DNA of 64,000 nucleotides from Macrostomum hystrix. Its lineage: Eukaryota > Animalia > Platyhelminthes. A program made the translations under genes and the position numbers. The notes beneath the pieces are model-generated. The model did not search any database, was not told the origin of the DNA, and worked only from the letters and a program-made list of their open reading frames with translations. The stretch lies in NCBI GenBank assembly GCA_950097015.1, contig CATNEN010000030.1, positions 186,001 through 250,000 of the forward strand, in the 5' to 3' direction. Shown piece after piece: positions 25,817-38,479 of this stretch (its first letter is position 1; every line of letters starts with the position of its first letter).

Positions 25817-27846
25817 TGAGAAAACTAGACAACTGGAAGTGAGTGGAAACCACTCGGAACTGAGAAACTAGACAACTGGAAGTGAGTGGAAACCACTCGG
25901 AACTGAGAAACTAGACAACTGGAAGTGAGTGGAAACCGCACGGAACTGAGAAACTAGACAACTGGAAGTGAGTGGAAACCGTACGGAACTGAGAAACTAG
26001 ACAACTGGAAGTGAGTGAAAACCACTCGGAACTGAGAAACTAGACAACTGGAAGTGAGTGGAAACCGCACGGAACTGAGAAACTAGACAACTGGAAGTGA
26101 GTGGAAACCGCACGGAACTGAGAAACTAGACAACTGGAAGTGAGTGGAAACCGCACGGAACTGAGAAACTAGACAACTGGAAGTGAGTGAAAACCACTCG
26201 GAACTGAGAAACTAGACAACTGGAAGTGAGTGGAAACCGCACGGAACTGAGAAACTAGACAACTGGAAGTGAGTGGAAACCACTCGGAACTGAGAAACTA
26301 GACAACTGGAAGTGAGTGAAAACCACTCGGAACTGAGAAACTAGACAACTGGAAGTGAGTGGAAACCGCACGGAACTGAGAAACTAGACAACTGGAAGTG
26401 AGTGGAAACCGCACGGAACTGAGAAACTAGACAACTGGAAGTGAGTGGAAACCGTACGGAACTGAGAAACTAGACAACTGGAAGTGAGTGGAAACCGTAC
26501 GGAACTGAGAAACTAGACAACTAGAAGTGAGTGAAAACCACTCGGAACTGAGAAACTAGACAACTGGAAGTGAGTGGAAACCGTACGGAACTGAGAAACT
26601 AGACAACTGGAAGTGAGTGGAAACCGCACGGAACTGAGAAACTAGACAACTGGAAGTGAGTGGAAACCGTACGGAACTGAGAAACTAGACAACTGGAAGT
26701 GAGTGGAAACCACTCGGAATTGAGAAACTAGACAACTGGAAGTGAGTGGAAACCACACGGAATTGAGAAACTAGACAGCTGGAAGTGAGTGGAAACCACT
26801 CGGAATTGAGAAACTAGACAACTGGAAGTGAGTGGAAACCACTCGGAATTGAGAAACTAGACAACTGGAAGTGAGTGGAAACCACACGGAATTGAGAAAC
26901 TAGACAGCTGGAAGTGAGTGGAAACCACACGGAATTGAGAAACTAGACAGCTGGAAGTGAGTGGAAACCACTCGGAATTGAGAAACTAGACAACTGGAAG
27001 TGAGTGGAAACCGCACGGAACTGAGAAACTAGACAACTGGAAGTGAGTGAAAACCACTCGGAACTGAGAAACTAGACAACTGGAAGTGAGTGGAAACCGC
27101 ACGGAACTGAGAAACTAGACAACTGGAAGTGAGTGGAAACCACTCGGAACTGAGAAACTAGACAACTGGAAGTGAGTGAAAACCACTCGGAACTGAGAAA
27201 CTAGACAACTGGAAGTGAGTGGAAACCGCACGGAACTGAGAAACTAGACAACTGGAAGTGAGTGGAAACCGCACGGAACTGAGAAACTAGACAACTGGAA
27301 GTGAGTGGAAACCGTACGGAACTGAGAAACTAGACAACTGGAAGTGAGTGGAAACCGTACGGAACTGAGAAACTAGACAACTAGAAGTGAGTGAAAACCA
27401 CTCGGAACTGAGAAACTAGACAACTGGAAGTGAGTGGAAACCGTACGGAACTGAGAAACTAGACAACTGGAAGTGAGTGGAAACCGCACGGAACTGAGAA
27501 ACTAGACAACTGGAAGTGAGTGGAAACCGTACGGAACTGAGAAACTAGACAACTGGAAGTGAGTGGAAACCACTCGGAATTGAGAAACTAGACAACTGGA
27601 AGTGAGTGGAAACCACACGGAATTGAGAAACTAGACAGCTGGAAGTGAGTGGAAACCACTCGGAATTGAGAAACTAGACAACTGGAAGTGAGTGGAAACC
27701 ACTCGGAATTGAGAAACTAGACAACTGGAAGTGAGTGGAAACCACACGGAATTGAGAAACTAGACAGCTGGAAGTGAGTGGAAACCACACGGAATTGAGA
27801 AACTAGACAGCTGGAAGTGAGTGGAAACCACTCGGAACTGAGAAAC
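25817..27846. repeat. 43-bp minisatellite (GAGAAACTAGACAACTGGAAGTGAGTGGAAACCACTCGGAACT)n, ~47 copies, with an 860-bp higher-order duplication
   Basis: Period visible directly; the diagnostic variant CTAGAAGTGAGTGAAAA occurs at 26521 and 27381 (860 bp apart). Confidence 0.97.
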
Positions 27847-28379
27847 AATTAAGTAGGAAGTACTTTTTAGTACATTCTTCCAAAGCAAGTGCATTGGCTG
27901 GAATTAAGATTCAGTGTTTCATGTTCTGTCTCCCAAAGTTGAGTTGAAAGTGCAAGACGCCAGCGTGTGTTTCTGTTTTATTCTGTCAAGAAGACGACAG
28001 CTTTGCCGCTTCAGCGAACTCTAATGGACTCGGTGCGGACCAGCTCAACTTAACATCCTCAATCTGCGAGTTGTGTCTCCCACTGCGGGCAACATCGGAT
28101 ATTCGCCTGGGGCTCTTTTTTTTATCTCCCTACTTCTTTTCTGTTTTAGTCAATTATTTGATGGTTTCAGGCAAATGGCTCCCTCTGACACAGTCGGTGT
28201 AAGAGCTAAGTCCATCAAATTAAGCTCATCACGAGGAGCTGTGCATTTTTCGACACCCTGAAGACCCACCTGCACGCGCCACAACCTCCATTTGACTCCC
28301 CCACTCTTCTTATCTCTGACTCTACTCAGCCCATCTGACTATCTTGCTCTCTATTTACTCATTTCTTCCTTCATCTTTT

Positions 28380-28928
28380 TCTACCTGTCTCTCCCCTATA
28401 CCTTGTTTTCTACCTCTGCCTCTCCCATCTACCTTGTATTCTACCTTTGTCTCTCCCATCTACCTTGTTTTCTACCGCTGTCTCTCCCATCTACCTTGTT
28501 TTCTACCGCTGTCTCTCCCATCTACCTTGTTTTCTACCTTTGTCTCTCCCATCTACCTTGTTTTCTATCGCTGTCTCTCCCATCTACCTTGTATTCTACC
28601 TTTGTCTCTCCCATCTACCTTGTTTTCTACCTCTGCCTCTCCCATCTACCTTGTATTCTACCTTTGTCTCTCCCATCTACCTTGTTTTCTACCGCTGTCT
28701 CTCCCATCTACCTTGTATTCTACCTTTGTCTCTCCCATCTACCTTGTTTTCTACCGCTGTCTCTCCCATCTACCTTGTATTCTACCTTTGTCTCTCCCAT
28801 CTACCTTGTTTTCTACCGCTGTCTCTCCCATCTACCTTGTATTCTACCTTTGTCTCTCCCATCTACCTTGTTTTCTACCGCTGTCTCTCCCATCTACCTT
28901 GTTTTCTACCGCTGTCTCTCCCATCTGT
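28380..28928. repeat. 31-bp minisatellite (TCTCCCATCTACCTTGTTTTCTACCGCTGTC)n, intronic
   Basis: Period visible directly. Confidence 0.95.
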
Positions 28929-29271
28929 CTTGACTGAACAGCCAGTCGCAGCCTTCAGATGCACAGCACAGGCTGTGACTGTCTGCTGTCACAATATCCC
29001 ATATCCCTATTTTTGTAGACCAGGAATTCTTTAGATAGCGCAAAGGCCACGAACTACGTACAAGGAGATTCGATATATTTATACTGACAAAATATGGCTG
29101 GGGGTGACAATGGCACGTGGAGAGCAAGGAGTAAGAACATAGCACGTTGCGTCACACGCGCAGGTGACACACGCGGCCCACGCACGCATAGGAAAATGGG
29201 CGTGCATTGAGCAACGATAAGTTAATAGAGTACATTCAAGTCCGGTTGAATATTCAAGTCACAACACCTAT

Positions 29272-29838
29272 CCTACACAATATCTCATAAACCCTCTCCC
29301 ACACAATATCCCATAAACCCTCTCCCACACAATATCCCATAAACCCTCTCCCACACAATATCCCATAAACCCTCTCCCACACAATATCCTATAAACCCTC
29401 TCCCACACAATATCCCATAAACCCACACCCACACAATATCCCATAAACCCTCTCCCACACAATATCCCATAAACCCTCTCCCACACTATATCCCATAAAC
29501 CCTCTCCCACACAATATCCCATAAACCCACTCCCACACAATATCCCATAAACCCTCTCCCACACAATATCCCATAAACCCTCTCCCACACAATATCCCAT
29601 AAACCCTCTCCCACACAATATCCCACAAAACCTCTCCCACACAATATCCCACAAAACCTCTCCCACACAATATCCCATAAACCCTCTCCCACACAATATC
29701 CCATAAACCCTCTCCCACACAATATCCCATAAACCCTCTCCCACACAATATCCCACAAAACCTCTCCCACACAATATCCCACAAAACCTCTCCCACACAA
29801 TATCCCACAAAACCTCTCCCACACAATATCCCATAAAC
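29272..29838. repeat. 26-bp minisatellite (CCCTCTCCCACACAATATCCCATAAA)n, intronic
   Basis: Period visible directly. Confidence 0.95.
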
Positions 29839-29947
29839 CTCCAGATTCCCGAACCCTACAAATCATCTGACGCTGAAATACTTGAACAAATTTCCTCAAT
29901 AGACAAATTCCGAATCCCAATCAGATTTCAGCTTCAGCCGCGCTCAC

Positions 29948-30661
29948 CCGCAGCACCACCACGGAGGCGCCAAATGTCGACGATGACTTGAGTATGCGGA
30001 ACACGACGGCTCCGTAGAAGAACACCAGAAGGATGACGGGAATGTACAATGCCACCGTCCGCTGCACCAGCCCGGCCACCATGTCGTGATAGATGGGGTG
30101 GCCGCACTTGCCGTAGCCTTCGTTGGCCCGGAAGCCGGAAGCGATGGCCCATACGGGGAATGTGGCTATGCACCTGGCAGCGGTGAAGGCCCAGACGCCG
30201 ACGCAGAGGCGAATCTGATTGGTCCGGTGCATCCAGCGCTTGTGAGTGAACACGAAATTCGTGGCCAGAAATCGATCAAAGGCAACAGTGGTGACGCTGA
30301 GCATGCTGACGTTGGTGCTGAGATAGTCCACGGTGATCCACATGTCGCAGCTCCATTTTGGCAGCGGCCAGCCGCCGCACAATGTCTGCACCAGGTAGCC
30401 GGGCAGGGCCAGCAGGCCAATCAAGACGTCGCTGCTGACCATCAGGCCGACGATGAAAACGTGACCGGGGACTCGCCTGACAGAGCGGTCGCGGAGGAAC
30501 ACGGCCAGGATGGCCAGATTGACTGCGGCGATGTAGGCCGACAGGCCGGCGCCCAGGCTGCCGTAGATCGCCCGCTCGCTAGCCGAGTAGGGACTGCTGC
30601 TGGAGCAGGATTCGAACTCGCGATCACTAACACTCTGCGAGCTGGAGTTGGACTCGTTCAT
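29948..30661 (-). CDS. Aminergic-type (muscarinic/histamine H3-like) class A GPCR, exon 1 (TM1-TM5)
   Basis: N-glycosylated N-terminus (MNESNSS); TM3 CDMWITVDYLSTNVS...FDRF keeps Asp3.32 and resembles the muscarinic/H3 pattern; TM5 P...Y; donor CGG|gtgagc, phase 0. The ATG choice (30661) is inferred. Confidence 0.85.
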
Positions 30662-31419
30662 GGCTGGCAGACGCTGTGGGTGGAACAGACCTGCCGAGAG
30701 CTTTTGATTATGCGATGCCACCGTGTGTCAGTAGAACTCGCCGACCAATCCGGGAGCAGCTAATGGGGAGTTTGGGGGACTTGGGATCCTCTAGTCCGGT
30801 ATAAACTGCCTAAAACTTCAAAATCCACTGTTTGGAAGATGTGGGGAATGTGAAAGTCAGGGATGTGATAGTCGGGAATATTTTAAATCTGGGGAGTACA
30901 ATATTTAGGGAATATTAAATGTAGGTAATTCATAATTAAGGGATTTATGAAATCTGGGGGAAAAATAATTTTGGGATTTATCGAGGGAATCTGAATTGAT
31001 GAAAATAAAATCTAAAAAATTTGAAAGTTTTGGAAAAAGCAAAGATGGGGACTTTGGAGTCCACAGACTCAGATATGGCTCCGTCAAGTCTGGCCCGTGC
31101 CGCAGTGCTCCACTCTGCTCAGTTTGAGTTGCTGAATTTCCGCCCACACTCTCCTCACCTCCTGGAGAGTGTCCCCCGAGAAAGTGAGATTTTGAGTACA
31201 GCGACATTGTTGAATGACGACATGCTAGAATGCAGGAAGTGCTGTCGCTCTGCCCGGACCTTCTTGGTTGTGGAGGGTGGCATGTGGAAGCTTTCACAAT
31301 GGAAGTTATTGACAGCTTAATACCAGAGCTCAGATGCTACTGCAGTAGTTGCTATTGAGATACACAATGCATAGAATCTACGAGTATGATACTGCATCAC
31401 ACTCGGGAAACAGACACTG

Positions 31420-32448
31420 TAGGAACTGCTGACTATTGGGAACTACAGACTATTTGTAACTACACACTATTGGGAACTACACACTATTGGGAACTACACA
31501 CTATTGGGAACTACAGACTATTTGTAACTACACACTATTGGGAACTAGACACTATTGGGAACTACAGACTATTTGTAACTACACACTATTGGGAACTACA
31601 CACTATTGGGAACTACACACTATTGGGAACTACAGACTATTTGTAACTACACACTATTGGGAACTACAGACTATTGTAAGTAGAGACACTCGAAAACTAC
31701 AGATATTTGGGAAGTGCAGACACTCGGGAACTACAAAAATTGGGAAATTCAGATATTTGGGAGTACAGATATTTGGGAGTACAGATATTTGGGAAGTACG
31801 GATATTTGGGAAGTACACATATTTGGGAAGTACACATATTTGGGAAGTACACATATTTGGGAAGTACACATATTTGGGAAGTACACATATCTGGGAGTAA
31901 TGATATTTGGGAAGTACACATATTTGGGAAGTGCACATATTTGGGAAGTACACATATTTGGGAAGTACACATATTTGGGAAGTGCACATATTTGGGAAGT
32001 GCACATATTTGGGAAGTACACATATTTGGGAAGTACACATATTTGGGAAGTACACATATTTGGGAAGTACACATATTTGGGAAGTACACATATTTGGGAA
32101 GTGCACATATTTGGGAAGTACACATATTTGGGAAGTACACATATTTGGGAAGTACACATATTTGGGAAGTACACATATTTGGGAAGTACACATATTTGGG
32201 AACTACAGACACTCGGGAACTACAGACACTCGGGAACTACAGACACTCGGGAACTACAGACACTCGGGAACTACAGACACTCGGGAACTACAGACACTCG
32301 GGAACTACAGACACTCGGGAACTACAGACACTCGGGAACTACAGACACTCGGGAACTACAGACACTCGGGAACTACAGACACTCGGGAACTACAGACACT
32401 CGGGAACTACAGACACTCGGGAACTACAGACACTCGGGAACTACAGAC
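31420..32448. repeat. Three adjacent related 17-bp minisatellites: (GGGAACTACACACTATT)n, (GGGAAGTACACATATTT)n, (GGGAACTACAGACACTC)n
   Basis: Periods visible directly; shared GGGAASTAC core. Confidence 0.95.
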
Positions 32449-33023
32449 GCATAAGTTAATCTTAAATTTAGTAGACGCAATACTCTCTAGATGCTACTGT
32501 TCAGTAGAGTGATCAGTTAGAGAAAGACAGCAGCGACCGCTAATACGAAAATGTTTTGGCAGGCTAGTATTATTTTCAGCTGGGCCAAAGTGAAAGGATA
32601 TAATTTTCCGCCCACAGCCATAATGAATGAGTGCCGCCAGTGCAGCTGAGGCTGCATGGGTTTTGATCAGTCTATAGTCTATTTTTATCCAGAATTGAGC
32701 AACAGACAGCGAGCAGCCAAGATGAATATCGTCTTCATCTCGCAGTGCTTTTTTATGTCTCATATACTCATAGTTTCAAACTCCCGTCTATCTATCTACA
32801 CTGTCTCCATCTAAATGGAGCCCCACTTGAAGGACGGCAACATAGCAACACACACAGTTGTTTACTCGCAGAACAGAAAGCTGTATCCAGTCTAAGCCCA
32901 ATGAGTTAATTGTTTTGTCTATCTTCCATACTGGAGAGCGAGTAATGTTGCTTATCAGTTGCCACACTATATAGGTATAGGTAAAGGACCAATACGCACA
33001 GGACCCACCCGGGTAATTGAGCA

Positions 33024-33508
33024 ATGATTCAGCAAAAGCTTCGCCGAATCGTTCTTGCCGGCTCTGGGCTCCTCACCGATGCACTGTTGGCAAAGCTGGC
33101 CAACTCTAGCGACGCCTTTCAGCAGCCGGTGACTCTGCTCCCAGACGCCGACGCTCTGGACGACGCCGACGCTGTGACAACGGCGCTGGCCGGCGCGGAC
33201 GCCCTGTTTGTTGAACTGCCGGCAGATCCGGCCGATTCCGAATTGCCTGGCGCGCAGCCGAGCCGCTGTGGTCCGCCTGGTGGCCGCGGCTCGCGCCGGT
33301 GGCGTCGGTCACGTGATCTGCTGCACGTCGGCCTCGCCGTTGCGCATACTGGGCGTGTCGGCGAGACGTATGGACGCCTGGGCGCAGGCGGAGCCGCTGT
33401 GGAGAGACTCTGGCCTTCCGGTTACCTACCTAGTGCTGCCAGTGCTGTACCAAGTGCTGCTGACAGACTGTCTGAAACCCAGACGCGTTGGCGGACACGC
33501 CTGCCTAG
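33024..33508 (+). CDS. NmrA-like (atypical SDR, Rossmann fold) protein, exon 1, with an apparent 1-nt frameshift
   Basis: IVLAGSGLLT N-terminal strand; ALAGADALF; after the frame change LVAAARAGGVGHVI and SGLPVTYL, typical of NmrA-like proteins; donor CTAG|gtctga, phase 1; length 485 is one base more than the required 3n+1. Confidence 0.75.
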
Positions 33509-34083
33509 GTCTGAGACTCGATTTTCAGGCCTAAATAAGGAGTTTCGTAGTTTTTTGTCGATACCAAATTTACGGGTTTTTGTATTTCAAATGCTTCCGT
33601 TGTTTCAGTCGATACCCAGTTTAAAAATTAAGCCGTTCAGAATAACAATAACAAAAACTAATTGGTACCAGGTATTTTAGAGCTTCACAATTTTGTGTGG
33701 ATTACTTTTGCTTCCGATACTAACTCAGGCTTGCCTAATGAGATGCATGACTGTTTTTATCGAGATCAAAAGCGCATTCTACAAGGCGAGGTTTACTCCT
33801 AAACAGAGCGAGTGATAAGAAATTTGTGAAACAGTCTAACTAGGAGATAATTAGCATCCGTATTTGATGCAGCTAACTTTTAAACTCAGTTTAGCTATCA
33901 AGATCTTGGGTCGGTTTTCAGTTTTTCTGTCTGTTGCACTTCCGTCAGATGCCGTACAAGTACAGATTATGGACTATCTAATGAGCTTCAGTGGCTGTGT
34001 GATGGGCCGTGGTCAGGCGATCGGGTATCAGAGGCAATCTCAGTAAACACAGTTTCTTAGAATTGACCTAATTCTGTCTTCAG

Positions 34084-34274
34084 GCCTGCCCTGCAGCAGC
34101 CATTCGTTCGACATGATGGACGCTGACGATGTAGCCGAGATTGCGCTGAACTGTCTGCAGCTTGGCAACCGTTGCTATGGGCGCTGCCTGCCTCTGTCTG
34201 CCGGCAAGGTGACTGTGCAGCAGCTTGCTGACATCATGAGTAGCGCGTTGGGCATTCACGTCATCGACCAGAAG
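34084..34274 (+). CDS. NmrA-like protein, exon 2
   Basis: Acceptor ttctgtcttcag, phase 1; MMDADDVAEIAL...VTVQQLADIMSSALG motif; donor AAG|gtgagg. Confidence 0.8.
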
Positions 34275-34533
34275 GTGAGGGAGACGGGAAAACGTTGAAA
34301 ATCCCAATATCAGGATCAGAATCAGTCGTCAATTCAGATCGAATGTCAAAGGCAGGTGTTTGTCTATCGGATTCCGTGCACGACATTTTTTTATAGCTTA
34401 GAAAAAGTTACAAGATGCCTCCAAAATGAACGCTTAGCGGGTTGTACAGGTACGGAGAATTACTTTGTGTTAAAAGCCATGAATTATCTAGTTCTTATCT
34501 AGATATCTAGTAGAAACTATTCAAAAATTTGAG

Positions 34534-35385
34534 AACAGAATCTAGTACAAGTTTAAGTACAGAATCTTGTACACATTCGAGTACAGAACCTTGCACACAT
34601 TTTAGTACAGAATCTAGTTCACATTTTTGTACAGAATCTAGTGCACATTTTAGTACAGAATCTAGTACACATTCGAGTACAGAACCTTGTACACATTTTA
34701 GTACAGAATCTAGTGCACATTTTAGTACAGAATCTAGTACACATTCGAGTACAGAACCTTGTACACATTTTAGTACAGAATCTAGTGCACATTTTAGTAC
34801 AGAATCTAGTGCACATTTTAGTACAGAATCTAGTACACATTCGAGTACAGAACCTTGTACACATTTTAGTACAGAATCTAGTGCACATTTTAGTACAGAA
34901 TCTAGTACACATTCGAGTACAGAACCTTGTACACATTTTAGTACAGAATCTAGTGCACATTTTAGTACAGAATCTAGTACACATTCGAGTACAGAACCTT
35001 GTACACATTTTAGTACAGAATCTAGTACACATCTTAGTACAGAATCTAGTGCACATTTTAGTACAGAATTTTGTACACATTTTAGTACAGAATCTAGTAC
35101 ACATTCGAGTACAGAACCTTGTACACATTTTAGTACAGAATCTAGTGCACATTTTAGTACAGAATCTAGTACACATTCGAGTACAGAACCTTGTACACAT
35201 TTGAGTACAAAATTTAGTACACATTCGAGTACAGAATCTGGTGCCAATTTGAGAACAGAATCTAGTACACATTTGAGAAAAGAATCTTGTACACGTTTGA
35301 GTACAGAATCTACTACGGATTTTTAGTACAGAATCTTGTACACGTTTGAGTACAGAATCTACTACGGATTTTTAGTACAGAATCT
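34534..35385. repeat. 24-bp minisatellite (TTTAGTACAGAATCTAGTACACAT-like), intronic
   Basis: Period visible directly, with 2-3 unit sub-variants. Confidence 0.95.
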
Positions 35386-35965
35386 GGTGCCCATTTGAGC
35401 ACATAATATAGTATAAACTAGGTTTTGAGCATTGGGAAAGCATTTATAATGTGTCAACATTAGGTTAATTTGGAGCAGTTAAGATTTGTTATGACTTTTT
35501 TCCTTATTTTTTGCAGGCATTTGAAAGGTTAGCGAAAAGATTTTAAGATTACGAGTAGAATGGGATGGTTTTGATGCTTGAAGAATCGTGAAAAATTATC
35601 TGGGAATCTTCGAGAAGTGTCGCATTTCTAACTGATTTGTTCGTGTTAATTATAATGCAGGCTTGCTGTTTTCATTTTAGTCTTATTCTGAGAAAAGTAC
35701 ACTAGAAACTAGTAAAGCATTATATTTAAAGCCAATATGCCCAAGAAAGAGTAGAAAGTATGCCCCATTGACAACTATTTCATATCTAGCGCGGCTTAAC
35801 AAAAGTACTTTAGCTTCTCTTCTATATTTATTAATTTATGACTTCCTGCTAAAGCCGCTGCTTAAGCTTGTAAATAAATGCTGCGAATATCTTTATTAAA
35901 TTCGTATGATTCTAGTGACGAGTCAACTAATGATCCATCCAGCAATTAAAAAATAACTGTTTCAG

Positions 35966-36166
35966 ATTACCTGCGACCAGCTGCGAGCCAGAGGCGATGC
36001 CGACTCAATTGACCTGGGCAACACGTTCGAGTTTGTCATGCGATTCGATCAGCAGCTCAAACAGTCTGTGGCTGAGCACTATCTGGAGCCGCGACGGACT
36101 ACAGACTTTGCTGACTGGTGCAGCCGAAACCGAGGCCAACTGCTGGCCGCTCTCAACTGCAACTGA
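35966..36166 (+). CDS. NmrA-like protein, exon 3 (last)
   Basis: Acceptor ctgtttcag, phase 0; 67 codons ITCDQLRARG...TDFADWCSRNR...CN*; spliced product ~291 aa once the frameshift is corrected. Confidence 0.75.
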   Translation: MTCDQLRARGDADSIDLGNTFEFVMRFDQQLKQSVAEHYLEPRRTTDFADWCSRNRGQLLAALNCN

Positions 36167-36776
36167 CCCACCTGGACTGACCCATCTGACCCACCTGATC
36201 TGACCCACCTGATCTGACACACCTGATCTGACACACCTGATCTGACCCACCTGATCTGACCCACCTGTTCTGACACACCTGGACTGACCCAACTTATCTG
36301 ACCCACCTGATCTGACACACCTGGACTGACCCACCTTAAATGACTCACCTAGACTGACCCACCTTAAATGACTCACCTGGACTGACCCACCTGGACTGAC
36401 CCACCTGGACTGACCCACCTGGACTGATCCACCTGGACTGACACACCTTAAATGACTCACCTGGACTGACCCACCTGGACTGACACACCTTAAATGACTC
36501 ACCTGGGCTGACCCACTTGGACTGACACACATTAAATGACTCACCTGGACTGACCCACCTGGACTGACACACCTTAAATGACTCACCTGGACTGACCCAC
36601 CTGGACTGACCCACCTTAAATGACTCACCTGGACTGACCCACCTTAAATGAATCACCTGAACTGACCCACCTGGACTGACCCACCTGGACTGACCCACCT
36701 TAAATGAATCACCTGAACTGACCCACCTGGACTGACCCACCTGGACTGACCCACCTGGACTGACCTGACCCACCTC
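36162..36776. repeat. ~14-bp minisatellite (CTGACCCACCTGGA and variants) beginning at the NmrA-like stop codon
   Basis: Period visible directly. Confidence 0.93.
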
Positions 36777-38184
36777 AATTTACTGAACGCACCTGGACTT
36801 GAAAGGTATTTTTAGCCTAAACCTGACACAAAAGACCCGAATCGGCATATTGCGAACAAACTCATCGTTTTTTATGTCAAAACCAAATAATTTCGAAGGA
36901 ATAATCACATTATTTTTTATCAGCTCACATTATTGATTTTTTATTACATATTTTTAACCCTTGCCGCCTTCAAAATGCACAAGAGTGCGACCACGCGAGA
37001 TTACGCAAGGACGATAGGTCTGTTGAATTTACTTCATTACTGATGCGAGCTCCACAACCTGTTAATCTCTATCTAAAGACTGGATAAGTAAAGTGGCGAA
37101 TAAAATTTCTTTAATATAATTCAATTTCCGGCATGCTAATGCACCATCTTCAGTGAATTAATTTTCTTGCCAAAATCACCTTCGTGTTAGACAGGTGAGC
37201 GATGAGCTGACTGTCTAGCTACTAAAGTGTGTTCAAATTAATTTGAGCACGACCTCTTCTGAACACCGTGACCTTAATCCGTTTCATTAACGACAAATTA
37301 GTCAGAACTAACTTTGCCTTTTCTCAAGCTCTATCAAAGTTCCCAGTGTGGGATCCCAGCGCAATTGGACAGCCATGACGTCCACATGAGAGCACTTTTG
37401 AGATTTGAGCAGTCTGAGCAGATGAGGTTGCTGGAGTACAAAGCGAAGTTGCTGGTTTGAGTTTTCGATTGCTAAACCGAGGGGTGATGGGATAAGTTTA
37501 ATGAGATGGGCATCGCGCCAATCGTTTCTAAACCGCAAGCATTTTCTTTCCAAACCCGCAAAAGCTTAAAACAACAAGATTTCAGTGGGCAGTTTTCCAA
37601 GTGTTTGGTGTTAACGAATGCTCCAAATCAGTGCACAGCCATGCGCGCTAGTAATTGCTCGGCCAGGAGTTTTATAGGACTCAGAGTCGGTGTGAGTTCG
37701 CCTGCCCTAATTAGCCTGGTCAGCAGTGCCACCAACCAGATGGAGCGGAACAGCAAAGACGGAGCTGCTGAGGGCTCGCAATTTACTTTTACTTTAGCAG
37801 CTGCTGTGCTCATAGGCAGCTGAGCGAGTATTGAATCTCTCTTTCTCCTCATTCTCAATTTTCCCCTTAGTTTGTTTTCCCTCTATCTCCGACTCGCTCT
37901 GTAATCAGCTGGCCTGAGTCCCTGCGCACTGAACTAGTGGGGAGTGGGGAGGGGCGATTCCCAATAGCCAATCAGAGTGAAGCCAATGAGAAGGAGGACG
38001 CGGGCCAGATGAGACTGGCGAAATTCCACACGCAAACGTCGCCACTCACCCGGTGTCACAGCTCAACTCATTGGAAATAAATTCAGCGTATGTTTGTGAA
38101 CGGAAGAGGAAAAAATATAGCACTGATCCCCCTTGCCACCTGAGCCGCGAGATACAGGCGCTGAGTAAACAGAGAACCCTGGCA

Positions 38185-38474
38185 ATGCCACTAGTTGACA
38201 GCATCGCACCGGGCAATCACACAACCACTGCTGCAACCTGGAGCCACTACTCCTTAGCCGCTTGGTGCAGCGTCATTTTCATTCTCAGCTTCACCTCCAA
38301 TGCATCCTCGGCCTACAACATCCTGGCCTCGCCATCACTGCGAAATCCCTCCATGCATGTGCTGTGCGCTGGCTTCATCGGCAACTGCGCCTGTGTACTG
38401 TCAGCAGCCTCCTTGAACCTGGCATCCGCCTGGCTTGCGGGCGACTGGGCCTTCCCGATGGGCTGGTGCTACTG
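38185..38474 (+). CDS. Divergent opsin, exon 1 (TM1-TM2, TM3 Cys)
   Basis: ATG at 38185, NHT sequon, TM1 Asn (TSNAS), GDWAFPMGWC; donor TG|gtgagt, phase 2. Confidence 0.8.
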
Positions 38475-38479
38475 GTGAG

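Noticed and set aside
25817-27846. Possible CRISPR array (43-bp period with a variable segment)
   Set aside because: No unique spacers, only 4-5 recurring point variants; no cas genes; eukaryotic intron
33236-33246. Programmed +1 ribosomal frameshifting as the explanation for the two frameshifts
   Set aside because: Neither site has a shift-site stop or known slippery motif (such as antizyme UCC-UGA or Ty1 CUU-AGG-C); an indel error or pseudogenisation is simpler
33949-34046. Possible extra NmrA-like exon (tccgtcag|AT GCC GTA...)
   Set aside because: It ends in TAA with no good donor; exon 1 already joins 34084 in phase and restores the family motif
37117-37127. TAATTCAATTT matching the rhodopsin core sequence (RCSI) pattern upstream of the opsin
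   Set aside because: About 1 kb from the ATG in very AT-rich DNA; a degenerate match is expected by chance
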